64,000 nt of DNA from Lophium mytilinum (lineage: Eukaryota): NCBI GenBank assembly GCA_010093605.1, contig MU004185.1, positions 2,191,334 to 2,255,333 on the forward strand, in the 5' to 3' direction. Below are positions 46,801 to 60,784 of this stretch, piece by piece (within the stretch, counting starts at the first letter, position 1; the number at the start of each line of letters is the position of its first letter). The position numbers and the translations under genes are program-made. The notes under the pieces are model-generated. The model worked only from the letters and a program-made list of their open reading frames with translations. It did no database searches and had not been told where the DNA came from.

Positions 46801-48396
46801 GCTAGGATGAATTACGCTTGTGCCAACTTCCATATCAATTCCGATATGGTGACTTGGGCTGGGCTGCCCGCAAGCTCCGACTTGGCGAAGAAATCCATGC
46901 TCTAGACTACCATCCGAAAGGAGTCTACGTACTTGGAACTGGTCGGATGATTGATTTCACTCTTCCGGACGACTCCTATCATTACGAATGGGCTCGAGAA
47001 GGCACGCTTGCTTATATTCTTAATCTCAAATTGAAGCTGACCGACGAATCAGAAACGACGTTCAAGCCTCAGGTCGAGCAAGGCATCATTAGGCTACTAC
47101 ATCCCGAGACGTGGTCTATCATTGATAGGTAGGTGGTTTACTCTCGGAAACCGAACGAAGAGTTGACTAATTGCATGTAGTCACGAACTTGACCCTTACG
47201 AACTCGTGCTTTGTGTAAAGACACTAGACCTTGAAGTCTCGGAGACCACGCACGAGCGCAAGCCCCTCATCGCCGTTGGTACAGCCATTGTTCAGGGAGA
47301 GGATCTCGCAACGAAAGGTTGCATCTACATCTTCGAAGTCATCACCGTTGTTCCACAACCCGGTCGCCCCGAGACCAGCCGCAAGTTAAGACTGATCGTA
47401 CGGGAGGAGGTAAAAGGGGCTGTCAGCGCTATCTCCGCAATTGGAACTCAAGGCTTCATGATCATGGCCCAGGGTCAGAAGTGCATGGTCCGAGGACTAA
47501 AAGAAGACGGCACATTGCTCCCTGTCGCCTTTTTGGACATGCAGTGCTACGTTTCGGTTCTAAAGGAACTCTCGGGTACTGGGATGTTGCTCATGGGCGA
47601 TGCAATGAAGGGCTTATGGTTTACTGGATACACTGTACATCCCCTAAAAGTCGCCCATCCTTCTAAGTGCCATGGTCGCTAATAAGACTACAGGAGGAAC
47701 CCTACAAAATGCTCCACTTCGGCAAATCCCGCTCGCACATGGAAGTCCTCGCTGCCGAATTCCTGCCGCACGAGAAACAACTCCACATCGTGATCGCAGA
47801 CGCGGACTGCAACATCCACGTGTTGCAATTCGACCCAGAACGTACGTCTGCTCTACCCCCCTCTCCCCAGCCTCTCTAACATCTGCAACCCAGACCCGAA
47901 ATCCCTCTCTGGCCAACGCCTCCTCCACAAATCCACCTATCACACCGGCCACTTCCCGACCTCCATGACCCTCCTCCGCTCCTCCCTCTCCCCCGCCATG
48001 ACCGCTCTCCCAGACCCGCAAACCTCTTCCGCAACCCCCATGGACGTCGACGAGCCCGCCGCTACGGGGCCTTTGCACCATATTCTCCACACCTCCTCTT
48101 CCGGCATCCTGTCTCTCCTCACGCCGTTATCTGAGAGCACCTACCGCCGTCTTAGCGCGCTCGCTACGCATCTTACTAACACACTGGAACACCCGTGCGG
48201 ACTGAATCCGCGCGCGTATCGGAAGGTCGAGAGCGAGGGGTTTGGAAATCGCGGCGTGCTTGACGGGGGTGTGTTACGCAGGTGGGGAGAACTTAGTTCT
48301 CAGCGTAGGGCGGAGGCGTGCGGGAAGGTAGGGACGGAGGAGTGGGTTGTGCGGAGTGATTTGGAGGTTTTGGGGGGAGCGGGATTAGGATTCTGA
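43816..48396 (+). CDS. CFT1: Cleavage and polyadenylation factor subunit Cft1 (CPSF160)
   Basis: [77 protein letters not shown]; many short introns between 46111 and 47893. Confidence 0.95.
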
Positions 48397-48852
48397 GCAT
48401 TGAAGCGAAGGGAGTTTGAAGTGCGAGAGAGAGGTTTAGGGGGGTGGCGAGGAGAGGGGGCGACAGGAGATGAGAGAAGGGGGGTTGCGTATTACCGGGG
48501 AGAGGGGTCGTTTCTAAGCAGGTCAGAGCTAGCCTGAATTGATTATACGTCTGATTAATGTGATGATGGTCTGTTGTGCACTGAGGAAGTTGCTGTATGT
48601 TGGAGATGGTGAGGTGGTGCGTGGAGATGCGGGTGGCGCTGTGACGGAAGGCTGCCGTTTGTAGGGACACGCGATAGGGGTCGCACACCGCTTGTATAAT
48701 TATCTCGTTTTTCTCCCTTTCTACAGGACGAACGCAGGATCTGCAGCAACGGCACATGTTACTAGTTCTCTACCTGCCCCTAAAGTGTGTTCAAGGGATC
48801 TCTTCGTCTGCTAACTACACCCCTTTGTCATTTGGTTCAGGACTAAACAACC

Positions 48853-49068
48853 ATGCCCGGAGAAAACAGTAATGATAAGAAGGGCGAGAAGAGAGTACCG
48901 TCAACGCTCTGGTTCTTCGCCGGCGGGAGGGGCAGGCCGCCGACTGTAGACGCGTGGCGAGCGAGGCGGAAGCCGGAGAGGGAAGAAAGGGTTAGCGTGA
49001 TGGAAGCACTTGCGATTAGACTTTTGGTGCCGAAATCGAAGAGTAGAGACAAGGAGAGGAAGCGATAA
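48853..49068 (+). CDS. Small hypothetical basic protein (71 aa)
   Basis: ATG in good context (CAACCATG); VPSTLWFFAGGRGRPPT segment. No function is recognisable. Confidence 0.35.
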   Translation: MPGENSNDKKGEKRVPSTLWFFAGGRGRPPTVDAWRARRKPEREERVSVMEALAIRLLVPKSKSRDKERKR

Positions 49069-49371
49069 TGAGAACTCTGAGGAGTTAAAGACAACTTTTC
49101 AGTTGATATTCACTTCTACATGACTCCGTGAACGTGTGTTAGAGAGACCAGGAATGATCGATTGAAGTGGTAGTTCTCAGGCATTCGGACATGATGTACT
49201 CGATTTAGTGGGAGAACTTGTGAGATTTGAATGTTACAGGAGCGTCGACAGCGTGAGTACGGTGCATGGCCAGGTAGGAAGCCATCGAAGATAGGTCAGC
49301 ATACCCGTCCACCAGATAACATACAGTGGAGCGAGAACAAGCCCGCATAGCTCTTCCTAAATGTATAGGCT

Positions 49372-50373
49372 CTAAACCACCTTAATTTTTTCTAGAAATC
49401 CTTCCTTCAAATACCTCTGAACCTCCGCATATATCTTTTCCGGGCGTTTCATCGCGTTTCGAAGAATGTATCCGTCGAATCCAGTATACAACGGAGGAAA
49501 AAGTTGCGGGTAAGGATGGAAATACTTGTGCATGAGATCCGTGCTGAACGGTGGACTATCAAAGGCCACCTGAAGAATTCGCAAGTTCGGCAGGTTGTTC
49601 AAGCTTAGAAGACCGAGCATTGTGCTGTTTGGAGTCAAATGCTCGCCACGGTCAAATAAACCCTCCAAACTCTTTTGCTCGGGAAGCCTTCCGAGGAACG
49701 CGTAGTGCGTATTCAAACCCAGGCGCAGTGAACGCAGTTGTTTGCATTCGCGAAGAAGAACCAGCAGCCTCTGAAACTGCCACTCGGCCTCGCGTTGCGC
49801 ATCGTAAAACTCGTACACTCTGCGGCCATGGGGGCCCTCGTAAATCATGGAGCTTTCTCCGGCGGCGGAAATCGGATGGAGATTGATGGCCGTGATGACC
49901 GCACGCCCTTCGGCACCGATGCTTTCGAGGAAGGCGAGTTGATGCCACAAGCCAAGGCCTTTCGCACCCGACACTATGAAGCCGTTGTTCGCGAAGAAAT
50001 AGGTCCAGGCCTCGCGGGCGATCTTGCGATCTGTGAATCGCGTGAGTGTGTTTAGTGTTCGGATGCAGTTGATCTCGTCGTATCTGTGGAGTTCCCTCCA
50101 AAGTTTGTGCTTGTCCTCGCCTCCGCTCCACCAAATTCGCACCATCGAATAGTGAAACGATTTTTCGGATTTGAATGTGATGTCCATGGGGTATGGGCAT
50201 TTCAGAAGTAGGACGAAAAGCTGGTTGCGCACTTCACCAGGAAGCTTGTGAAGGAGTGGTGCTAACTGGCCGCGGACAAGTCCATCGCTCATGTCTGAAT
50301 TTGAGTTGGAAGGAGTGGCGAGCTCCGCAGATTCTGGCCCCGGGGTCGTAGGAATTGGAGAGTGCGCGGGCAT
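49372..50373 (-). CDS. Hypothetical protein with an F-box-like LxxLPxExRNxI N-terminal motif
   Basis: 333-aa intronless ORF; LLHKLPGEVRNQLFVLLL, EAWTYFFANNGF, FLESIG. Confidence 0.6.
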   Translation of the reverse strand: MPAHSPIPTTPGPESAELATPSNSNSDMSDGLVRGQLAPLLHKLPGEVRNQLFVLLLKCPYPMDITFKSEKSFHYSMVRIWWSGGEDKHKLWRELHRYDEINCIRTLNTLTRFTDRKIAREAWTYFFANNGFIVSGAKGLGLWHQLAFLESIGAEGRAVITAINLHPISAAGESSMIYEGPHGRRVYEFYDAQREAEWQFQRLLVLLRECKQLRSLRLGLNTHYAFLGRLPEQKSLEGLFDRGEHLTPNSTMLGLLSLNNLPNLRILQVAFDSPPFSTDLMHKYFHPYPQLFPPLYTGFDGYILRNAMKRPEKIYAEVQRYLKEGFLEKIKVV

Positions 50374-50873
50374 GTCTGCGTTCCTTGGCTTCGTGTTTTG
50401 TCTGAGTACGTTTATATCGGTATAGTGCGGGTCTGGTTTTACAAAATGTGTGGTGTTGCAAGGGGTAACGTTTAGAAGAGTTTCAAAAAGTCACCTGTCA
50501 TTTTTGGACCAGGGCGTGGCATAATGGGATGAGAAGAGATGTGGTAGCGAGGACAAGTCGGACCCACGGATCGCACTCCAGATGCCAGCCATATCTACAC
50601 GGAGGCAACCAGGTTTTGTAAAGCAACACAGTAAACATTATGAAGAGAGAAACTAATACAGAACGCACTACTCGATAAGTAAATGTGCATAGAATAAGAA
50701 TTAATTCAAAGTACTTCTAGAATGTGGAGTAAAATGTAGAAGAGATTATACTCGTCAATGATTAAATGAGCTTCCATTCAAACCCCGTAGCTGCTGGATC
50801 TCAGCTTTATACTGCCAAAACACAATTTTATATAGGGAAAAGAAGAAGAATCTAGGTATTGTTACTTCAAACC

Positions 50874-53265
50874 TCAAGCCCCCTGAATCTCAGCCTCCAA
50901 ATCGCGATTTCCCTCTCCACCACCTCCACTAACCTGCTGCTTCCCTTTCTCGCTCCACTCGCCCGCTGTAGTATCCAAACCAGTCTTTGCGCTCTCCGTC
51001 TTTCCACCTTTCTTATAGAAATCTGTGATTTCCTCGCAGCCCTTAGGTGTTCGGCAGACATTCCGAGCGAGTTCCGGGGCGGTGCGCCATAAGACCTGTC
51101 GAACTTCCTTGCCGACTTTCTCGATACTATCCATGCTCCAGAGAGGGTCGAGGTGCTCATCTGTTAGTAGTGTTAATATTGCGAAAGGTGTTAGGATAAG
51201 AAAGAGGAGGGAGCTTACAGCCTTCAATGATCTTAGAATGGACGAGATCGACATGCGGCTCCCGATTCCGATCAAAGCGGCGCAGGAGTCTACGCCCATC
51301 TACTAGATCATCTGCACCACATACCCAGAGTGCGATGGGCGGCGTTTGCGGGCCATACCACGCGTAGCGAGAGCGGTCTGTGTTTCGGCGGCGGAGGACA
51401 CGATCTTTCGTTATTCTCTCCTCCGTGGTGGACTCTTTCTTGAAAGCAGGCCTTGTCGGCCTTCTATCTTCGTCATCAGAAGAATCATCGCTCGACTGTT
51501 CTTCCACTTGGTCTTCTTCCTCGTCTTCCCTGTCCTCGGTTATTTTTTGTTCCTTCGTCGCCAAAATGCACTTATGCTTCGCGAAGCACTCCCTTCCGAG
51601 CCACCATCGCATCGACTCTGCGCTTACGTAGACCGGCGCGAACTGAAACATGCGATCTCGAAGACCGCGCTCCCATCGTTCATCGGTCCAATTGAACAAG
51701 AAAGAAAAGACTCGGTACCCCATCGCGCCGTAGAAGTTCCCTGGTAGCAGCGAATGCATAGTCAGCATGAACGGGATGAATGCGTGGATCCCAAAGAATA
51801 TACGAAACATGCCGGGAGAGATGACTCGCATGAACTTGAAATACATCTTCCCGATTAGCGGGCCCGCGTACGCAGCTGGAGCTAAGGCGCAGAAAACGCT
51901 AATCTTTTCACCGATATCCGGTCGTTGCTCTTTAGCAAGCGCAACAAACGTTTGAGTTGTCCCTTGGCTATGGGCGATGAGGCCGAGTTTCTCGAACCCT
52001 GTTTCGGACAGCACACGCGATATGAGCGCGGGAAGATCCATACATCCCATCTGCCGGATATTCCAGGCCCACATTCGCGGGTCGCTGTACTCGAGTACAT
52101 TATGCCGAGGATTAAACCCGCAACGATTGTTACCGAGCCAAACATCGTAGCCAGATTTGGCGAGGAAGAAGGCGAGGCTGTCGTCGTCGTTGGTACAATA
52201 GGCGCCAGCGGATTGGAGGAGACCGTGGATGAGGAGGATAGGGTATTTCTTGTTTCCGGATTTGGTTTGAGATGATGATGTGGTTTCATCTGAAGAGTGT
52301 GGAGGGAAGACATCGGGAGAGTGTTGTTCGCGGTCTTTGGCGGAGGAGGGACGGTGCTCGCGTGGATCGTAGACGTGCCATAGTTCGATGATAAAGCCGT
52401 CTTCTGTTTGAACGTCGAAGATCTCGACGTCTAGGCCGACACGGCGGGCATAGTAGCTAACATCACACACAATAGGGTCTTTGCCTCCTTCCAGAGGTGC
52501 AAACTCCTCGGCATCCTCCGCGCTATCACTGATGGTACTCTCTGTCACGTGATTCCGCCTCCTCAATTTTTTCTGTTTCTGTTCCCAGGCTCTCTCAGCG
52601 AGCTTCCGCGCTTTTCTTCGCCGCTCTTCCTCTTCGTAAAATGGTCGCCTCTTATCAGGGTTGCGGAAAGTAAGCCTGAGCCATATATGACTCCACATTA
52701 ACGGTATGCTAGTGAAGGCGGCACCTAGTATTATGACTAGTAAGAAATTTAGAGATAGCACAGCCGACGACACTCTGAAAGCCAAGCACTCGATACGCCT
52801 TAATAGCGTAGGAGGGCCATATAGTGGTAACGGAGGAAACAAGGGATTTGTTCTTGATGGTGGAGCTGCCTGTTTCAATGGGGCCTCTGGCTCTGTGCTC
52901 TGCCTTGCATCTCCTTCGCTTGGTCGTGCGCCATGAATTGATTCTCTCCCTGGAGCTTCGCCTTCGTGGACAGGCTCAGCTTCTGACGGGTCTCGGTCCT
53001 CAATGATATCTTTCAGTCGGTTCAGCTTAATTGCCTCGTCCACAGGTACAGCAGGTAGTCGGCCTCCGTTGGCAGTCTGGATCACGGGATCGTTGGGGGT
53101 GATGAACTTCGCTTCAACAGCCTGAGTGGAGCCTGTGGTGTCATCTTCTTGAGATGGACTGTATTGTGCCAATCGCTCTGACTGTTGGGCGAATCCAATG
53201 GCGGCTTTGGCTTTTGTGGAAGCCTTGTCCTCAACTTTGTCTTTAACGGTTGAGAGACTAGGCAT
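50874..53265 (-). CDS. Sterol esterase / acid lipase (Yeh1/Yeh2/Tgl1-like alpha/beta hydrolase)
   Basis: VQTEDGFII, LLIHGLLQS, GYDVWLGNNR, AHSQG nucleophile, DDLVDG and, after an intron at about 51161-51219, YEHLDPLW. Confidence 0.9.
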
Positions 53266-54067
53266 TGCTAGATTCTCTAGCGCGGCGAAGCTGTGGAGAA
53301 GACAGTGGGGAGAATACGATGTACATGTGGGATTTCTTCGGGGTGTAAAGAAAGACAATGACTGAAGGAAATCTAGGGACAAGCTCAAGAATAATGTGGC
53401 GTGAAGGGCATCTAGGTAGTTGTAGTAGCGACTGGGGACTGGGTGTCACAAGCAAATGCAATGGAAAGTGCGATATAGATAACAATGGTGGTGGCGCAGA
53501 GCGTTCGCCCACACCTGCCGCTATCATGCAAGTTTCGTCGTTGTGCCGCCGCTTAAGTATAAATGATGTCAGGCTGCGGCTGGGGAGATCATCCCTGCTT
53601 TAGGTCTGACAGGCCAACCTGGGGATCGGGGTACGCGAGAGATGTGCTTCGTGGATAGGCAAATGATTGGTAGAAATAGGCTTGGAAAACCCCCATGCCG
53701 CTGCATCGTCTCCTGATGTCGTTGGTCCTTTTACCCATTCCGCTATGCCAAGGCTTTCCACTCCTCCCGCCAAGCCTCCGCCATGGTCCCCTCTCCTTCA
53801 AGTTTCTCGAAAGCGCAGCATCATTAGATATTCAAGAGCAAATGTAATGCAAGACTAGAACACTACGGATCTCGTTCTCATAAGGCCATATACACCGCTC
53901 AAGCCTCCCCGCCCCAGCTTCCAGAGTCAGCTGCAAAGAATTAGCCTCGGTTCGCGCATATTCACTTCCTTGGCATTGGAAGCCGAACATCAACTCCATG
54001 TGTTGCTGAGAAAGGACTTCCTCGTCCCACGATCGCAATTGGGTCTTCTACGCGTTCGCCGAACACA

Positions 54068-57000
54068 ATGGAAGCCAAAGAGAGGCCGCTCAACCCTCGA
54101 AAGAGGCGCAGGAGGAGACCAGACCGACCCGCCATCTCCGCTCGGCTGCTGCTGGATGAGAGGATGAAGGGTGAGGTTGGAGTGCTGTCCGAGGATCTAT
54201 TCGCGGATTTGTTCCCAGAAAGTAGGCAGTCGTCTGGTATGTGTTAGCGCAGGTTCTCGCCTGTACAGCCGTCCGCTAATGCGCGATCACAGCGAACGAG
54301 CAAGCTTCAACACCCGATCGCGTCCATCACGTAGCTATAACGCCCTGGTTACCAAGCTCCATAGCTTCGCCGCGAAGTGCATCATGGGCCATACTCCCTG
54401 TACGAGCCGCTTCGAAGGCGGATACCACCACGACTCGACCGCATTCGTCACTCCAGTTCCCCGCTGCATCGCTGGCCCTCCAGTCCTTCATACACACATT
54501 GCATACTTTGTCACCCAACAAGCAACAGCGGAGGGACACGCCGATTGAAATCAGGATACTGGATGTGCTACCGGTCGGTCTGGATACTGTCTTCGTCAGC
54601 GTGGACACGGACGCGCTGCGGAAGCTCGACGAGGTGCACGCAAAATTTGGGGGAGGCTTCGGGGTTAGACGCGCCAACGGCACCGTCAAGGGGCCCAAGG
54701 AACGTTTTCTCGAGGTCAATGGGGTATCTGGGAAAGCGAAACCCGGCGTGGATCTCAGCACACAAGAGCAGACGTGGAAAAATGCCGTCCGTGATGCCCT
54801 CAAGGAGCCTACGGTCGTCCATACTGGAGATTTGCTACCACTACCACTACCGTCGCATCCGATAACACATGTCCCTCCACCTCCGGCGAAGATCACAGCA
54901 TGTGAGCCCGTATCTCAGGGGTTGCTTCTACCAAACACGAAAATAGTGGTTCTCCGATCCCATGGCCATTCGAAAACGTCGAAAGTGATTGCCCCAGTGC
55001 CATCCTTATCAAACGGAGCTGGCGATGACGATGAAGATACGTCAAACGAACAGTTTTATTCTGCAGCAGAGGAAAGAAATGCGTCACAAGGAGCAACCCC
55101 GCCGGACGAAGAAAACTCGACAACCGATAATCTAGATTCCGAGCTGTCAGGTACGGATGGTGGAGATTTGTCTGATGACGACGACATGATATCCCTAAGC
55201 GCGCCCACGCTGCCCCCTCAGTCTTCCGGGGTACTTTCCTCATTTTCTTCTGCAACACCCCGTCCGGGGGGATTCCATACAACCGGCATTGCTACACCCG
55301 GATCGGTTTTTTCTAGCTTTACAGCAACAACAGCACGGGGCCCGACTGCATCAAAATCAAAAGTGTTCAAAGCCCAGGGGCTGTTACAGCCTATATCAGA
55401 TGAGCTACTTCATCCAAAGCCTGGAAGCGACGATGACGAAGAAGCACGTGTTTTCGTTGACACCAATACCTTAGTGAAGGTAGGATGCTTCTCTGGAGAT
55501 TGGGTCAAACTAGAAGCTGCTGCAGAGCCCCCACAACACGGCCTTGGGGCCTGGGGCTTCGGCGCTTTTGGCGAAGAGCATGAGGATCCTCCGGAATGGC
55601 GAGCGGCAAGAATCTTTGGCTTGCCTGAAAGCTTGTCGAAGAAGCCTCATCGATACCCTGTCAATAGGTTAGCGACTCGAAGGTCAAGTTTCTCTGGCAT
55701 GCTTTCCTCTGCTCCAGCCTCTCAAGCTTATGTATCTCCTGTTCTCTTGGCCAACCTAGGAGAGCCCACACATCTACGCATAGCATCTCTTTCGCCCCTT
55801 CAGGCATCCCACTTGCCAAGAGGTTCTATTCTGAAACCCCGCCTCACAAGCTCCTCCATACCCCCTTCGGCGAAGGAGGTGACTCTATTGAAGCTTTCTA
55901 CTCCTTTGTCTACCGATCGATTGCTTCAATCTAGCCTTTTCGCTGCTTTGAAGGAGCACTTTGAGCAAAAACGACGGATAGTAAAAAGCGGTGATCTGGT
56001 GGGGATCTCCATTGATGAACGACTGGGGAAAGCCGTGTTCCAAACTTCTACCACCGAGGACGATGCAGGAAACGAAGATCTGCTGTTCAAGTCGAAGCAA
56101 AAAAGCTCTCAAGATACCTCAGCTAGCGAAGACTGGAGTCCGAAAGCTGTTGCGTGGTTCAAAGTTGGCAATGTCATCGCGGCACAATCCGAGACTTTGG
56201 ACAATGATGAGATGCAGATTTGGGGAGGAGTCGTATCAGTGGATGCGGCGGGCACCAAAATGGTACAAGCAGGAAGCGAGCAGGGGAAGGTTCCCGCTAC
56301 TATCAACAGCTCTTGGCAATATTACCTGAACGCAAAACGAGCGCCTGCTCCCTCTGCGCAGGCTTCGACGCAAGCTATGGGAATAGATGACCTACCAAAG
56401 CCCTATATATCCTCACTTCGACGTCGTCTAAGGGAGTTGATGTCTGCAGCGACAAGTCCACGCGCCATACATCTGGGACTCCCCCCATTAGCAATTCTGA
56501 TCACTTCAACCCAGCGAGGTATTGGGAAAGCCACTGTTGCCACTTTAGCTGGCGAAGATCTAGGACTCCATACCTTCTCCATTGATGCGTTCGACATATT
56601 GACCGAAGGCGGCGCAGGCGGAGGTGATGTCAAGACCGAAGCTTTCCTCAAAGCGAGGGCAGAACGTGCTTTTACTTGCGGAGCGGAGTACACAACCCTC
56701 CTTCTCAAGCATGTCGAAGCCTTAAACGCCGATCGGATGACCACAGCTCTCAAAGAAGTTCTCGCAGACTCCAGAGTCCTAATAGCAACTACAACAGAAA
56801 TTGACAAAGTCCCTGAAGGAATCCGCGGCCTCTTCACCCATGAACTGGAAATGTCCGCCCCCGACGAAGGCGAACGAGAGGGGATACTCCGCGGCGTCGT
56901 CGAGAACTCTGGCATCCGCCTATCCCCCGATGTCGAGCTCTCCAGCGTTGCCATCAAGACTGCCGCCCTCGTAGCCGGCGATCTTGTCGATGTAGTGGAC

Positions 57001-58514
57001 CGAGCTCTCGTAGCGAAACAAACCCGTCTGGAATCCCTCGCCGAGTTATCCACCAAGACCCTCTTACTGCCGTACTCCGTAACCGTCAAAGACATCGAGC
57101 TGGCCGGCGGCCCTGCCAGCACCAGCCTCGCCAAAGTTGATCTGGACGCGGCCGTCGACGCCGCTCGGAAGAACTTCGCCGACGCCATCGGCGCCCCTAA
57201 GATCCCCAACGTCAGCTGGTCCGACGTCGGCGGCCTCACGCACGTCAAAGACGCCGTCATGGAGACTATCCAGCTTCCCCTCGCCCGGCCGGAACTCTTC
57301 GCGAAGGGTATGAAGAAGCGGAGCGGTATTCTCTTCTACGGTCCACCCGGCACTGGAAAAACTCTGCTCGCAAAAGCCATCGCAACGGAGTTCTCGCTCA
57401 ATTTCTTCAGTGTCAAAGGGCCGGAGTTGTTGAACATGTATATTGGCGAGTCGGAAGCGAATGTACGGCGTGTGTTCCAGAGAGCGAGGGATGCGAGACC
57501 CTGCGTTGTTTTCTTCGACGAGCTCGACTCTGTTGCTCCCAAGCGAGGAAATCAAGGAGACAGCGGGGGCGTAATGGACCGCATCGTCTCCCAACTCCTC
57601 GCCGAACTCGACGGGATGAGTGACGGCGGCGAAGGCGTCTTCGTCATTGGAGCCACTAACCGTCCCGACCTGCTCGATCAAGCACTACTCAGACCTGGTC
57701 GATTTGACAAAATGCTCTATCTGGGTGTGTCAGATACACACGACAAGCAACAAACCATCTTGGAGGCTCTGACACGAAAGTACGTGTTTTTAGCACCCCT
57801 CCGTCCCCTTTTCTGTGATCTTCTTGGTGGTTGATTACTGACTGGCATAGATTCACACTCCACCCCGCTCTCTCCCTCCCCCGCGTCGCCGCCGCCCTCC
57901 CCTTCACTTACACCGGCGCAGACATGTACGCGCTCTGCTCCGACGCTATGCTCAAAGCGATCACGCGGCAGGCGCGCGCGGTCGACGAAAAAGTCAAGTC
58001 CCACAACGCCTCTAACCTACCGATCTCGATAGCGTATTTCTTCGATCATCTAGCGAAAGAAGAGGATATGGCAGTCATGGTAACGGAGCAGGATTTCTTT
58101 GAGGCGGAGAAAGAGCTCGTGCCGAGTGTGAGTGCGGATGAGCTGGGGCATTATGATAAGGTGCGGAGGAGTTTTGAGGGGGCGGGAGACAAGGCGGAGA
58201 AGAAGGAGCCGGCTAGGATCGAAGCGGCCGGTCAGGGATTGGCGGTGAGGAGTGGAGGGAAGGGGAAGGGGAAGATGGGGGCGTCTGCGCCTGCGACCAA
58301 TTCGTCAACCGATGGACCGGTGGATGCCCGGGAGGAGAGCGATGATGATTATGTCATTCGGACTGATCATCTCATTACGAACGGCTCTGTGGGTAGTGGG
58401 GATGGAAAGGGTAAGGGAAAAGGAAAAGGCCAGGGTAAAGGCAAGGGGAGTGTTGATATCGCGGAGGGTGGGTTCGGGGATGCCGCGGAGGGGGAGGAAG
58501 ATTTGTATAGTTAG
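54068..58514 (+). CDS. PEX6: Peroxisomal biogenesis AAA ATPase Pex6
   Basis: IGAPKIPNVSWSDVGGL, GILFYGPPGTGKTLLAKA, VKGPELLNMYIGESEAN, FFDELDS, GDSGGVMDRIVSQLLAELDG, YTGADMYALCSDA. Short introns at about 54222-54292 and 57780-57850. Confidence 0.95.
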
Positions 58515-60784
58515 GCATCTACTACACCTCTCATATGGGAAAATAGATTCGTAGGTAGTAGCGGCTGTCCGAAGTGTATTACTATCTACTTCTGTCCAAA
58601 CAATATCAAATGGACATTGTTTTATACTGAGCAACGATCTCCATTAACAAGATAAAAATCTACCGTTCTATAGCAAGTACATATGATCCAGTCTGCGCAA
58701 ACCATTGCGATCTTTTACTGGTATAGTAAGCTACTGCAAATTCTTGTATAGGTAGTGCGGACGTAGAGTAGTAGCTAGTCGTACAACTATCTCATCTCTC
58801 GTGCAGGTATTTGCGGGCGGTCTATAAGTCACGATTCAACCCTTTTATAGATTTGAAAATCTCCTTATCAACGAAGGGACCTAGAGCGGACGGAAGTGAA
58901 TGTACATTTAAACATTAGTAGCTGAGTTCGATGGGATAAGGGCCCGTTAATGAGTGAAATGTGAGAAACAAATTCAATTTACAAATCCGTCAATGAATAG
59001 TAGTAGCACTTAAATCATGTAGTTGATCTATATTTAGATGGCCGTCCCGAACCTCCGCGCCGAGAGCTCTACTTGCGACGTCCCCTCACTACCGTCGCTC
59101 ACCTTGATCGGCTTCAGCAGCTGCACCTAACTGCTATGTGTGACGAGCAGATCCAATTGATCTCCGAGATACTTGTGCTCAATCGTAAATCTAGTTCAAT
59201 TGAAGGTACTTTGTCCTCTGTACCCAGAACCACGACCCAACCCCTTCGCGGGATATTTCGATGGGTACTCACACGACCTTGGCACTCAAATTGTAGACTC
59301 TCTGTCCGCACGCCTTTTGACTTACCCCTCTAGGGCAGGAGGTGAAGAGATGTTGGAACGTTGCCAGCTGGTCGCTTACAATGCTCACTACAGATGGCGA
59401 GCAGACTAGTAGCACTCAACAAGGCCGGAGAAGAGAGCTAGCTGAGGGGGAAGAGCTTGCAAGACAGCAGAAGAATTGAGAACATACCATTTACGCCAAT
59501 AGATGCCCCGAGCATCTGCACTTCGGAGGCCTCGTAGGCAGTCTACTCGCCATGGCCTCAATCCCCGAGGCAATTTACGCACCCCTACGACTTCTCTTGG
59601 GATCTGCATATCGTCTTTCGTCATGACCTGCTGAAATGTAGGTAAAGCGTGGTCATTGGATTATTTTCCCGTGCTAGGATGTCTCTGCGGTCGGATTACT
59701 GGAAGAATCGGTTATTAGCAACCGCAATTTCAAACGGACTCGACAAATGAAGTGCATTTCTGGTCTACGCTCATTTTTTCAAACGCAATCTTTCTTGAGC
59801 GATCTCTTCGAGTAAGTCTAGTCATTTGAAGGTCAACTGCTGCATTGTCCGTGTTCGCGAATTGCTGCTGTCTTTGTCCAGTGTCAGTCCCTCTCATATT
59901 CAAATTAACGATAGAAATTAGTTTTGAACAGAGCTTCAAGGCGGGCCAAAACTGCCACTTCTCATCCCGTCTAGTCATTTGGTAATCTAGAGCCTGCAGG
60001 TGCATCCCATATTCTAGCCCGGAAATGAAGCCACGAACGAAACAGGTGGAATCAGTACGGACGATGCCCTTTTGGTTACACCCTACCGAGGCCAGGCCTA
60101 GTCTGCTAAAAGGCACAGTACGTGTTGCTTCCCATGATTTACCCCTTCGTACTGCTGACTTCGTGGCTAGATATTCGCGCTAGACCACCGGATGCGCCTA
60201 CAGCTTGTACCGAAGGACCTCGAACAGGTTTGAATGAGACTGACGAAGCCATGGTACCACGAATCAGCCCCAGAATGTGTAGGACGTGTCAGCTCGAGTC
60301 GAAATTAAGTGTGGTTGAGAGATGTCGGCTACCAAGGTTGCCTTTGATTGCAAGAATGGAAACGACAAGGCAACACCGACCGTCTACTTCCCACACTTAT
60401 TTGATTTCTGCTAGACACGCTTTCCCTCGACATTACCACCCATCCACTCATCAACAATCTTCACTCCACACAACTTTCCAGTCCATCCATTACAGTACTA
60501 CGACTCTCCACTTATCAAACAATCTTCACTCCACGCAACTTTGCAGTCCATCCATTACAGCACTACGACTCGAATCTGTGCACTCCTTCTCGCAGTTGCA
60601 GTTGGATTGCTCCTGTGTATTCCCTGATAAGACGCGGGGCCACCACGAACAGAACGGTGTAAACGGCCGACCAAATACGCCTATAGCCGCTCCGGGAGTT
60701 CGGTCTGCGTTGTGTTGGCTTCTGAATCTTCTCTGAACTCCTGATAATTCAACGACGGACCTCACGCGGCGGCGAACAGGATTC

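Noticed and set aside
27783..48396. Possible functional clustering of Ipa1-like and CFT1 (both linked to mRNA 3' processing)
   Set aside because: About 14 kb apart with unrelated genes between them; proximity is likely coincidental.
56403..57681. 285-aa and 205-aa antisense ORFs
   Set aside because: Antisense shadows of the codon-biased PEX6 AAA region.
58255..58450. GKGKGK repeats at the Pex6 C-terminus
   Set aside because: Low-complexity tail; not a separate element or a Walker motif.
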